This document shows positions 12,101 to 25,800 of a stretch of DNA of 64,000 bases, in pieces. Made by a program: the position numbers and the translations under genes. The first letter of the stretch is position 1. Each line of letters opens with the position of its first letter. The stretch is from Balanoglossus misakiensis (lineage: Eukaryota > Animalia > Hemichordata), in the NCBI GenBank assembly GCA_040954595.2, contig CM082593.2, positions 6,541,579 to 6,605,578 of the forward strand, given 5' to 3'. Below the pieces are notes generated by a model that ran no database searches, was not told the DNA's origin, and was given only the letters and a program-made list of their open reading frames with translations.

Positions 12101-13783
12101 CAATTGCAACATCGATTGCCGAGAGCGGCTTACGTTTTCCATTTCATGAGCTGACAAACTTGGTTGGATTAGGCCTACCTACATTCGACAGCCATATTTG
12201 CTGCGATTCCGTAGGCCTGCGACTACCCTGCATGTGTGTAGGTTGTTGGGGAAGGCGGGGGGGGGGAGGGAGCGGGGCTACGAATCCGTGAGCTACCAAA
12301 ACACATACATGTACGCGCCGCGTGACGGCTAATGCCGAGGAAATTTCGAAAGATTACCTTTGTTTCTGCCAGAAATTCACTTCAGAGACCAATGTCCGGT
12401 GCACGGAGAACCTATCCACCCAAGGATATCCGGCCATTGCACGAGTATCCCTCCCATCGCCGGCGTTTTGTCCATTTTAGCGAGGATTCCAGCCCGGGGA
12501 TTCCAGTCTTGCCATGCGGCAGCCATCTTGATTCGTGACGTCATCTTCTCGTAAGTTCACGTTCTTGAAAAAAAAATGAAATCAGCTATTGTTTGCGCAT
12601 GAAACAAACATAATTAGCATTGTTTGTATTTTAATTTTACATTCGAAAATTCGGGAAATAAAAAGAAAGTCAGAAAACATGAAAAAACTTAGGTTTTGAG
12701 TAATGAGGAAATGGACATAGAATCTCTGCATGGGCATGGCAACGTTACTCCGGTGTCAGGCACACATCAGAACCATCAACAACCATTCATCAACTCCTGA
12801 GCGTTCATTTCACTGGTGCATTATTATTTCATGCCTCCGTGCAGCCCACGAGTGACCGTGACGGGGCGGAGTGATTTATGTCCCCGGCTGTCGTGCACTC
12901 TCCTTGAGGGATTCTCGAGGATTTAGTCGCTTTTCACTACAGTTTCTCAGAGGCTGTAGTCCGGAATGATTGTGCTGTGTGGAACGTTCTTGAGCGTTCT
13001 GCACTATAGGGACGCTAGCGAGGGTGTTGTGGTCGATGTTTGAGACTCTAGACTCTAAACAATCGGTAATTTACGTCGTTTTGTTTTCCGTTGAGACAGT
13101 TGCTGTTAACCGCGTTGCTAATTGCTTGCACGGAGGACGGTCTGCTGCCTTCATTCCTGAAGCCGTGCACATATAGCGGGCCGGGTACCCGAATCAAAGT
13201 TCCGATTGTATTATGAAAAGGGATCTACCGAGACACTTGAGACGAAGTTTTTCGTAAATAATAAAAACTATTTATGATCTCTGTGTCAATTGTACCCAGT
13301 TAGAGTTATACGTGGCTTGGGACGGGGGAATTGAAACATATCTTGTTGTCGGCATCCCTCCAGAATTCACTCGCTCATCAAAAGAAGTCGACCTTTGTCT
13401 GGGAAGTATACGTATACACTCGAAGCAATGACAAGACATCAATGGGCCCTTGTGGGACTTCCAGCGTTAACCGCCTTTCAGGGTACTGAAAGCACATAAA
13501 GTCCTCTATCACCTTTGATGTATCAGACACACTTTCCTTCTATTTTCATTTGAAGAATCGATATGCCTGGCTAAGCCTAACCCTCTCTATTCCCTATATC
13601 TGCGACAAAGATCTTCTGGTCAAATAACAAGAATCAGACACAAAGCAGGATGGCTGGTGGTTTGAAAAAGCACTGTACTCATCCTTTAGAAGCAATTCTT
13701 TGTGGGAATTTTCTATTGGTGTAGCTCTAGTCAACAGCTTTCTCGGTTCACCTTCTCTATGTCTGTCTGCATGTCTCTCTGCA

Positions 13784-13824
<41 letters not shown>

Positions 13825-16800
13825 GAGACACCTTCCTGCAATCACATACGGCCTATATCAGTCGTGACGTACGCTATGATTGGTGGTGACCAACTTAGAG
13901 TGTGTTTTACATGTTGACAGGATTGTTTCTTGGTTTTGTTAAATTTTAGTCCCATAGGAGTATATGATTGTTGATTGTATCTTTGACTATCTCATTTTTC
14001 AAGAATGGCTGCAGCTTAACGTTTTAATGTGATTTTCGGTTCATATTGAGGTCTTCACTCTTATCTCTGTCAAAGATAATCAACTGTTCGCTGTTATCTG
14101 AACGTTTTCCATGTCAGTTCCTCCAGGCAGTGCACCGTGGGGGTGGCAATACCAAATATATTTTCGTTAAACCGAGGTGCGCGCGGTGAAATATTCGTTT
14201 CACCCAACATTTTTTCGGAACAAGGACATTTCGCTCAAGACGATGTATTCTTGACTGTTGCTACCAGATACATTGTTCTGTTGCTGGCAATGCTGCATTT
14301 CGTACTTGAAGTTCTCCTCCGTGTCGTTTTCGATTGGTTGATGCTTACGTCACTAGTTCTGTTTGTATGTGACGTCAGAATGAACTGTGTCTCTGTTTTG
14401 CCTATTTTTTCTAGTTTGCGTGAAGTGTGTATTATACGCCATGAACACCTACATACATTACTACACGAGAGATTCTCGGATCTCGCTGTCATATTGTATC
14501 CTTCCATGGATAATCTACATATCACCCACAATCCCAAAGAAACAGATAATTACACATAGCATTATCGTATCATCCACAGAGATTACAACAAGGATTAAAG
14601 TTCAAAGTCAGGCGAAGGACGAACGTTTCAGAGGGCTTAGAAATCGACTCCTTGACGAGAGGGTGTCGCGCACTAACATAGTTCCGAATCGTTTATCGTC
14701 CGCCCCAGCTATTGTAACATTGACCCGATCGAGTATCACCCTCTAGACAAAGTATAGAAAAGATTCTTGGTCCCTCGACTACTATTTCTATTTCACCTAT
14801 AGGGTCAGCGTGTACCCATGTTAAACCAACAGAAAAATAACTTGACTATGATGTTTCTCGACCAAAGTTTGTATTCCTTGACGTGCATTAAAGTTGCAGT
14901 TTCTGATCATTTTGTGGACTTAAATTCTTCATCAGCAGTTCCCATATAAACGCGAAGATTGTACTCGTAATTGACAATACTGTGAGCCCCAGCCCTGAAA
15001 ACCTTAACACATATAGAGTAACTGTTAAAATGCATTGCTTTGTGTGGTATCTCATTACCTTTCAATGCGATATTTTCTATCACAAAAATAACGTGCCTTT
15101 CAACGAATTTGATTCGTATAAATTCATGCCAGATGAATTTTGCCGGCTTTGATTTTCTAGCGAAAGATTAGTTTTTTTTGCGCTCACGAAGTAGTGACGT
15201 TCGTTTGGAGGTTTTGTAGCATTAGCAACGTCGGTTTCCACACATGGCTAATACAGTTGAGAATTACGAGCTCGGCGCGTTATCAGATCATCATATTTTG
15301 GCGTTGTCATGGAAACAAATTATCATATAAATGAAAACATAGCATGTAACTCACGTTATAATCACGGGATTAAACTTATGGTCTTTCCAACACATAGATT
15401 TATAGCTCGATAATTCCTTTATTAATATTGATGACGAAGACAATTGCTTAGCTTATATAGACTTCAATTTTAGTGCATTAAATTGAATTTTGAGAAAGCC
15501 TCGAATTTGTATTCTGGCTCCTTTGTAGAGAGTCAACCGTGACTGAAGAAGATGTGTGCAAGGCGTCCCTTTTTCATGAATGTCATTATATGTGGATCTT
15601 TTATTTATTTCCGGTGTCGAGTAAAAATAGACGATAGTTGTCTGCGAGTTCACGGTTCGCTTTCCCCGCGAGAAGAGAGACTAAATACTAGTACAGAGGT
15701 TAGCTTAACTTAGCTTTGCGGTTCATGACAACACATTTTTAATCGCGAATTATTTGGTCAAATTATTCTTTACGGCATAGACCTTTATATCAGGGGAAAC
15801 CTATTTCTATAAATTTTACTCTTGTGTCATTACAACTTGTTGTGCCGGAAGGGCTTGTTTGTTTTTTGCGTCTAAATAGAGTGACTTTATTTAGAAACAT
15901 TTACTCGAAAAAGTATGACCGTTTTCTCAACATGGCCTATTGTCATAAGTGTCTCAAATTACGAAGCAATCTGAAACCAGGGGTTTGTGGTATTTCATGG
16001 GTTGGGATACTGGCCTAAGGGATCGACAATACTTGCATGTTATCTCGATACATTTTAGTATTCCTCTTTTACCTGTGTTACTCCTGAGGCGCGTTTTTTT
16101 TTCTTGACGTATCGTGGGCGACGTGACACAGTCGGGCATTAGGTCGGCTAAAATCTACCAGTGTCGAATTATTGGCCGTCTGACACTGAATTAAGGTGGG
16201 CCACAGTGGTGTCAGCTTCCCCAAACACATAAATTCAACTTTCTCCGTAATCCGCGCATGATCACTGGACAAATACGGCCATACCACGAAAGGCCACTGA
16301 ACTTCTCTAAGACCGCGATGGCGAAGAAAGCCCATGATACTTGTAAATCATTCCAAAGTTATCATTTCTCCATGAAATATTGCTGACTTGGACGATGAAT
16401 TCCCAACGGCATGTTTCTCGACTTGTATCATATTTAGAAGTTTGAATAATTAAACTCAATTCGGTCGGGAGGGGGAAACCTGTAAGCGACTCGATATATG
16501 ATATCATGATGTGTTGTCTCCCCCGGCGGACGTTTTTGTTCGGGCTATTTCTTTTTCATCGGCATGTTCTCCGGGAATTCAATTTGTCAATGTTCTTTTT
16601 CCCCGCGAACCGCCTCCGGGGTTGGCGACACTGTCAGATAAGCCGCACGTGCGGCCGAGACAATGCAACATTCTGTTCTGAATAAGATCTCTCCTTCTGC
16701 CAGTGAAGACGGTGCGAAGATGTTAACAATGTTTTTACTTTAACCTAAGGGCAGGTTTATTAGTCTGGGGAACGGTAATCAATGCAAGCAATAGTTTGGC

Positions 16801-19800
16801 GACTGTGTATGATAGAAATGAGTGTATTCAACTTCTGGTCAGGCTTCAAAAATTGTCGTCTGCACAAAAAAGTATTCCAACGTGATCACGTGGCCTATTG
16901 CTCAATATTTGTATGCGTTTTGTACGTCTGACATTTTTTCACGTCTTTCATTCAGCATTTTTTATGAATGTTTCATTTTTCTAGGTTTAAAATAAATGCT
17001 GACAGAACAGGCATACGCTATCGATATATTTTGAGATTAAATAGAAACAATTTGACGTGTTTCCCTCTTACCAAAATCCATATTAATCACAAATTTGTAT
17101 GTTTTTCGTTCATGACGTCGTTTGGGAACGCGCTAGGAAAATTTTAAATCTTGTAAGTATTTAATCCACTACGGTCTTTCCTGATCTGGAATCTGGAAAA
17201 ATGTCGACTTTGGTGGTATATCGTCGACTCCGAATAAGGGAACGAGAAAGGGTTTTCTTTTTATGTAATAATCATATTTCGCGTGCGTCTTTTGTTCCCC
17301 CAAGGGTGCTATTGCGGTTAGCGCTAAGCATATGAATAATTTGATTTAATCGGTAAATGATGAATTCCGGAGTCATCCCGAATAAACAATAAAATCGCGT
17401 GCTTATAAAATATCGTCGAACCACATTGAAGTCGTGGATATCAAATTCTACAAAGTGGGTTATTAACGTGGGCCAATACACTCTTGCGAGATGAGGGTTT
17501 TCCATTGTGACCCATAACGGCTATTATGGTCACTTCAGTGCTCCAAAGGTACACCTTAGCACCACCTTCCCGTCACTCAAAGCAATTCATTGATAATTTT
17601 ACGCACAGGAGCGACTGGTCTGTACGGCCGGTCACTCCTATACCCACGGTATACCATGTGGAAACGACACTCGCGAGAACTTTCTATGACCGTGGGATCG
17701 GGAAAATAAACATCTCGATTTCGACATTCAAATAATCTTTCGCTATCTTATTATAACTCTATCTCCATTTACCTGTCTGCATGGCTGTCTGTCTGTCTGA
17801 CGGTGTCGTCATCATCGTCGTCATGGACTTTCAATGGGACCAAATGCATTGTACCGCAAAACACCTACCAACAAAAATAAGACAATATTTCAAACAACTC
17901 GAATATAATAGCGACTTCATAACATTTCAGGATGAGAGGCTAACCTCAATCACGTACTCCACCAAGACAGACACTTAAAATCGTCTTAATGGACTTACAG
18001 TAACACATGCTACATATACATCAAAGTACACTTTTCTCTTATTTTAACGCTGGCGTTGTCAGTTAAACTCGAGGCCGCATATGCAGCTGATTGACGGGAC
18101 TTAATGATGTTGGTAATGGTGTGTGTGTTTGTATGACAAAATTATCATGTTTGAAAATGGGACACGTTGTCTTGCATTCAATTCCCGTCCATAGCCGCGA
18201 CTCACACCGCACACTTCAAATTACGCGGCCGAACACTGATGACATTTGCCTTGAATCGGTGCAGGTGGAAAGGTCACGCGTTTAATCTTGATTTCATTTA
18301 CCTCGGCGCGGAGTTCTCGATTGAGCCCCCTTTTGACGTCGTCCAAATTGCCACGAAAGAAAATTATCTGATTCTGTGGGCTGCTAGGAAATCGAATCTG
18401 CTTCCAATGGGGCGGCATAGACAGTGAAGACAATGGCTGAATGGCGTCAATAAAAATTATGAAAGAAGCGGGATATTTTCAGGCTGCGAGAATAATAACA
18501 ATAACTCTATTCATGGTAAAGACTTTCATCTTTCTAGATATTCCAAGGAATGTTTAAATTGCAGTGTTTAACAGACAGTGCGTATAGAGTTATTCCGCCT
18601 TGGATTTTCATCATAAAATACTTCATCATTCGATTACTGACGTCATTCTTTGTAACGAAACGCCAAATAGTAATGCAACTAACGCCCTGTAGACTTGACG
18701 CCCTATTCTGCTTTGATGTTGGGTAAAATTAAAGAAGGCTTTGCGTTGTAGTCTAGTTAGCGCTTCTTGAAAGGACTTTTGTCTCTTCTATTCGAAACTT
18801 CGTTCAAACGGCAATTTTCTCCTCGAATGACACATTATCTGTTGCCTTTCATTAAAGGCGCACCTGTCCAATATCTCGCACTTATCTCATCAGCATCACT
18901 GGTTTCGATTAACGTGTTTTTGTGCGAAGTAAATGGTAAAGTTCAATCACGACAATTAGTCGCCAGATCGTAATTATTTCAATCCTAGGGTTATCGAGTC
19001 CAACTTTTTCTGATATTTTCAGTGTGTTTTGGCACATCCATCTAAAAATATATCAATTTCTGTCGCTGTAGTCATTGTTTTCAACCATTGATATTGCTCT
19101 GAAAATTATCTTTCTTATCTTTAAAAATATATTTCTTCTGCAAAAATTTTACCTACCACTTCATGAGCAAAGCTGCAGACTTGGGCAGGGTGGTTTACCT
19201 GAAAGGAAGTGGACATTTGTCAAGGTTTACAGTGGTGTACATGTAAATCTGGAGCAGAGAATGATGGGCACTTGCACCATCTGAATAATCATGGTAAAGT
19301 TAAAATTAAAATTCCATATAAATACCGGTCTCAATTTTTTAGCTATTGTTTTTTTTTTATTCACTTTCAGCCGGTACTAGTTCCACCTGGCTGGCGGCTT
19401 GGAACGTGGCCAACTGCGTGCAGGGCGCGGGAATCCTGAGTCTACCGTACGCGGTCAAGGAAGGCGGTTACGCGGCAATCATTACTCATCTTATGCTGAC
19501 TGCTTTCGGTTGCTACACTTGCAAAGTAAGTCGACTTTCTTTACCCACAATGCAATTCTTATATGTTGGACCCCCTACCATGACTTTAAAAAATCTTAAT
19601 ATGGAGAAATGATCCGGTTCGCCTATGGGAAGTGACGATTTAAGACAAGATAGTGAAGATATATGACCGTAGAAAAAAATTATGTCGAGCTTGTGAGTGA
19701 TTAGAAATACAGAGCGTACGAAAATTTATGGCAGGAATATACAAGAACGAGCATGAGCTCTTGTGTGCTCAAACATTTCCTATGTTCTTCGATAATGATC

Positions 19801-22800
19801 GCGGTAAAATGTTTGCCCAACCGTAACTCTGCGCGGTAATGATCGTAAAATATGTCGCCATTGTGAGGGCCATTAGGTTTCGCAGATCTTCATAAATTAT
19901 TCATATTCGTCGGCGCATGCTCATTAGACTTTCAGAACTACCGGCGCTATTTGCATGATAATTACTCGTGTTGACCGATGACCCCGTGAAGACCGAAGTT
20001 ACTAAATCGGGCAAATTTACTGAGAAAGGTCGCCCGGTCCATTTTCAGGGTTTAATAGATTAGTTGAAATTATATTGGCACCCTAATGGGGTCCAATCAA
20101 TATTGTAATACCGCCAACGCGTTTGGATTTTTTTGTCGGAAATGTTTGTACATAAATGAAGTCAATAATGCCATGGTACACGGTGCTTGCGCAAGTGCCT
20201 TCGAGCAATTGCAACGTCTCAGTTGTCAAGTGCACATTTCCAAGTTTAAAATTCCAGAGGGGGGCTGATACATGTCAATAATTGAATCAGTAACATATGT
20301 GTACTACCCTCAACCCCGGTAAAAGCACTATATATATGTACATCTCTGTTACCCCCAATTTTGGCCTTGGGAGGTGGGGGTGGCCGAGAGAAAAAATGGA
20401 TGATTTCTGCATTCACCACCAGAAACCAGAAATATTTTTTGAGTCAGCATCAAGGTAACTGTTTGGATATGAGGCGGACGAACGCAACTTAGACACTTTC
20501 TTCATCCAGTTATAGTTGAACGCGTACGCGTCATGGAGATGTAACAGAAAAATGCTGGGTGTGCAAAATGAAAATTACTTCCATCCGACACGGTCACCCC
20601 TCCTCAGTTTCCGAACTGCCTCTGGCACTTCGCAACGACAAGCTTATAACTCCTGCCTTTGTTGTCGTGTATAAATGGTTACTTTCTTATAGGCGTTTTT
20701 AACAGATAATGTACGTATTGTAGAAATTCCTTTCAGAGTTGTAAAGCGACGACTATGCCTGTGTCCCAGAAGTATACTTTGGATATTTTTATTCATCGAT
20801 GCATTTCGCGCGAGGGTGTAGTTGAGGGCAGTTACAGGCATTCAGTTGCCATAGTAATGCTATAAATAGCTTCAGTTTCAAACTCAATCGTCGTCATTAA
20901 AATAATACAGTCATGGGGATTTGACTGAAAACTGTTACATTTTTATTTTGGAGTAAACTTTCGTAGAGTATATTTGGAATTGGTTGAGGGTGGGGGAAAC
21001 TCAAGCTTCGCGCCCTACAACATTTACCAAGGTAGTGAACTGAAGGGTTTTCAGAGTGATTAATTGGCGGTGACAAAATAAGCGAATCGATAAAAGAGCT
21101 TATTAATTACAAATGATACTATTGTCATTTGCAAAATTACTTTTATAGGTCACACTATGTTAGCAAACACATCAACTCATTTAAGCGTATAGTTACGAGT
21201 TAGATTGACATACCCGGTATACGCAAGCCCATACGTCTAAATAGATACGCAGATAGATATATAGAAATAATGTATGTATGTATGTACGTACGTACGTACG
21301 TACGTACGTACGTACGTATGTATGTATGTATGTATGTATGTATGTATGTATGTATGTATGTATGTATGTATGTATGTATGTATGTATGTATGTATGTATG
21401 TATGTATGTATGTATGTATGTATGTATGTATGTATGTATGTATGTATGTATGTATGTATGTATGTATGTATGTATGTATGTATGTATGTATGTATGTATG
21501 TATCTATCTATCTATCTATCTATGTATGTATCTATGTATGTATCTATCTATGTATGTATGTATGTATGTATGTATGTATGTATGTATGTATCTATGTATC
21601 TATGTATGTATGTATGTATCTATGTATCTATGTATCTATGACCTATGGTGTTGCGTACTTGCATTCCATCATAGTCATGGCTGTGTCAAAGGTTATCTAG
21701 TTTTCTCTTCACCAGACTCGGTGAAGATAATGGATTCTTGCTCAGTGATATCTATATCACCATCTTATCTGAGCTTGTGTTTGTTCAGATAGAATAATCG
21801 TCAGGCGTGTAGGGGCAAGACTTGTACGTGTAAAATGTAGGCGCGCTCAAAACAGTGGGACGCGGTGTTTAATTTGTATTTTGCATACTTTCGTGTAAAA
21901 GTAACCGTATTGATGAGACATTATACTTGGCATTCGAAATCAATGTCTTAATACACAATTATAGGTAGATCTATGGCTAGACCGTACACTTTCCATGGTA
22001 TTTGTGGTTAATTTACATATGTGGCCGCATATTTCTAACTTTTTGGTGAAACAGAACAGTATACGTCAATGCCAATCAGATAAAGACACGTACATATACG
22101 AGACTGTGCATTTCTACGTCACATATAGGCGTGTAGTGCATTTTCTTTGTTCCGATCAACCGAAACCTCAATCCATGGATGAACGCGTACTCTAAAAATT
22201 AAATAAGTGTATTTCTTCTCCGAGGAATCAATCGCCACGAATCGCGCCACGCGTGTCTGTCAAGGATGGCAGAAATAAATCGAATGGTTCTTTTACTTCA
22301 CGCAGTCCGCTATATTACAGCTTTGAAACCGTTCGTGTATGAACTCCCGTGGGTTTACTTAAAGGGGAACAATCGGCATGGTCCAATGATTATTATAAAC
22401 TTCTTTTTTTATTGAGTTTTGATATAAGAAATGTTCGGTTCAAGAAATTAGTACTATCATCTTCCCACATGGTTGCGTTGGTGAATGTACTCATATGACG
22501 CGTGCATCATTCCGATACGTTATTAGCATGAGACCACTATAGAATATTCACGTTAATTCAGAGATAAACGTTTGTTTGCTGTCAATGTCTCTCAAGAAAA
22601 ATCTTCTGGGAATGACATTTCGCATATTGTCTGTTTTAATGTTTTAATGGTTGGTTTTACCTTTGTAGCATAATGCGTCAGATCCTCTGCGCCTATGTTG
22701 GTGTAACGCATTCTCTGTGGACAATCTCCGTGACAGTCAGTTCGACTTCTTGGGGTTTTGCGATCACGTGTCCGCTTCGCTCTGTCGATGCAGAAAAATG

Positions 22801-25800
22801 ACAAAGAGAAGAGTTGTCGGTTATGCCATTCGACGTGACCAGGCGCGTTGATAGCAGCTCACGCTAGCTATAGTTAGCGGACACCAGCACGCTAAAAGTC
22901 TCTCTCTATAATCATATCTTTGTGCGACCAACATCTGTAGCAAGAAACGGATAAACTAGTGCAATCGCTATGAGCTCCGAGCAGACAAGTCACATATGGA
23001 CAGTAGATTCGTAAACTCGGCGTTCTTGAACAAGAAACTTTAAACGTGCGCGAGCGGGGACGGGCCAAATTCTGTGGAACAATTTTCCATATTTGATTTT
23101 GTTTGGCTGGAAGGTTAAGTGAGCATTCATTCATTTCAATTTTCTTCTAATACAAATTAAACAAAATATATAAATATATTTATGGGCTGTCATTTTTGCA
23201 AGAAAAAAACTCCTTTGCGATTCTATCAAGTATTATTAATTCACATAGTGGGTCAGCACACATCCCAATTCCTGACTGTTATGCTTAAAGTTTCCACTCT
23301 TAATATGGATCACACGCGACCAGCATTTCAACTCGCTTACAGTCAGCCTACTTAAACACATCAAGGGCGTTTTAACATGAAATCAAGATCGTAAAATTTG
23401 ATGTCCAGCCCGTTATTTCTACTTCAGAAAACAGACAGTAAAGTATCTTTAAGATCTTCCGGTCACGAGTGAGTCCCGGTGTTCGCAAAGATTAAAATCA
23501 GAAGAGCCGGGCACAAAATGTAATTATCGCTGGACTAATGCGACGCAGACGCTCTGGGTTGAATCGAAATTGGATCAGAATCGCTCTTAGATTGGACAGC
23601 ACGTATATCTATTATGTCGGTAACCTATACAACCGGTTTGAATTTGCCGTCTGTGCGAGTTTATTACGAGTCAGTACGACTTCGTAGATTCCGTCCTAAA
23701 CCGTTCGTTCTCTCTATTCTCCAAGGAGCGTTGATGGGACAAGAGAGTTAAACGCGTAAAACTGTTTAAATAAATTAATTCAGTCCATCGCGGGGCGACG
23801 TTTCCTTTTTTGAGGCAGGTCGCTCGCTCGCGGCGTCGTCTGTTGAAGATGTATACACATCCACCATAGCTGCATACCAATTGGCAGATTCCGCCATCTT
23901 TGTCATTTGTGGTAATAACCTAATGTCGTTGTGCTGCGGTCAAATTCAATTACCAAGCCGTCTCCCGCGCCATTTCTTTTTTGAGTCGGCGCAAAATTAA
24001 TAGATTACGGCCGGACTGAAAATGTTGTCAAGTAATTGCGTACATCGTTAAATCGTTTATTTGTGGGTTATTAAACTTTCATTGCAACAAATAGCGCCAA
24101 ATCATGGCGAAGTTGTGAAAATAACGAGTGACAAACGAGATTGGCTATCAGACCTCATGACGTGTTCATTGCTATATGTTCTGTCTTTTCAGTCACTTGT
24201 CTTTTTCGTTTTTTCTTGATCTTTTTCTTTGTAGGGTATACATTCCACTATGACCTAAACTTTAATTGGACAATTGCACTTCCCATTTGTTACTGAGTCT
24301 TGACAGAAATCCGCCATTTTTGAAATTCCGTCGTTGTCGCCACTCGAGATTTTCATCACCCACCTAGGTGGCAAAAACCTATCTAAGGTATCGAGTATTG
24401 GTACATGCACTTCATGTACTGTGCGGCTCGTTCTAAGAAGATCAGTATAATTCAGTGTCAATGTGGTGAGATTTTGATTGAGCCAGGGCTGCAGCATTTG
24501 ATCTGTCTACTTAAAATGTTCGGCTTTAAGTACACTCGCCATTCCATGTCTCTCAGACGAACGAACTGTGGGCGATGGCGGCAACAAGCGCCCTCATCAG
24601 CACAGGAACGCTGTGAATGCACTTTTGAGGCGATAATGGTATCGATAGTGACGTTGTCACCTCGCGGTTATCCATTCACCATCAACTTCACCTTTTCCAC
24701 CTCAGTCATTGTAAGATATGCGCAGAAAGTAACACAGTATCAAAGCACAATCACAGGCAGTTCTTGTGTCATGCAAGAATGGATAGCCGAATGTATGTCA
24801 CCTTAAATCGGTTTCTGAACGAGTCTGTAAGTTGGACACTTTTACCATAAAATAATTGAAAAGTGGGTCGTTTAGTTCAGCCGTGCTTATTTTTTTCTTC
24901 CTGCAGCAACATGCAGGCGCACATCTCGTTCAAAATCACGTATTTAAAAGGGTTATACGTCCCACGGATTTTAAGTACCTTCAGGAAATATAGACATTGT
25001 CGGATTTTCATTTTGTTAAGATAAAAAAACATGACTTTACGTATTTTAAATCAATGTATAAATGGGTTTTCGTGAGAGGAATAATACATTCAGATTGTGA
25101 TGTTCCACAAAAGTCTTTGTCCCTAAATCCACTCTATATGCATAAACAATTGTTTCCGCTTTTAGTTGTCGCCTGCACACAGATACACAAAAGAAACCAA
25201 TACTCGCCAGAGTTCATTACTGTGACTTTCCAAGATGGCCGCCGCTTGGTTTAATCGACAGCGCCCAGCTGACTTCGATAGAGTATATAACACGCAGTAA
25301 TTGACTTTGTGTGGATCAATTCTTCATAATAAGACGATGACTGAATTTGCATCAAAATTATTCCCGCCCTTGCAAAGAAAATCGAATGCCGCATCCCCAG
25401 GGAAATTCAAATGCGCTCGATACGAAAACTTATCGTCATCATTAAACAGTTACAGTTCATTTTGAAACAAAACAAACACAATTATCACGTTATGCTGATG
25501 TCTTTAGTCCACACTACCGATAATAACTGTAAAATTTTATATCAGTATTATCAAGACATTAATTTTATTCTCTCGGTGATGAAGTCGTCTGCTTTGAAAG
25601 CGAAGTGCCGCGTCAGCGATCCGTGGAAATAAACCTTCAACGTGATTTGTGATCATTCTCACGAGACTTGCCGTGAAAATAACTGACTACAAACTATGGG
25701 ATGGGACGACGATTAAACAAATGATCGACAGGGGCTATGAATATCTAAAAGAAGTCAAACTAACCGGGTACTCATATTCAATTATTGACCTATTTTTTTT

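Noticed and set aside
14137-14746. Overlapping 100-140 aa ORFs in a transporter intron
   Set aside because: No transposase or RT motif; likely old repeat or chance ORFs.
21270-21792. MYVC-repeat ORFs (likewise 60159-60576, 46768-47059, 34953-35388, 28725-29048)
   Set aside because: Translations of stop-free microsatellites.
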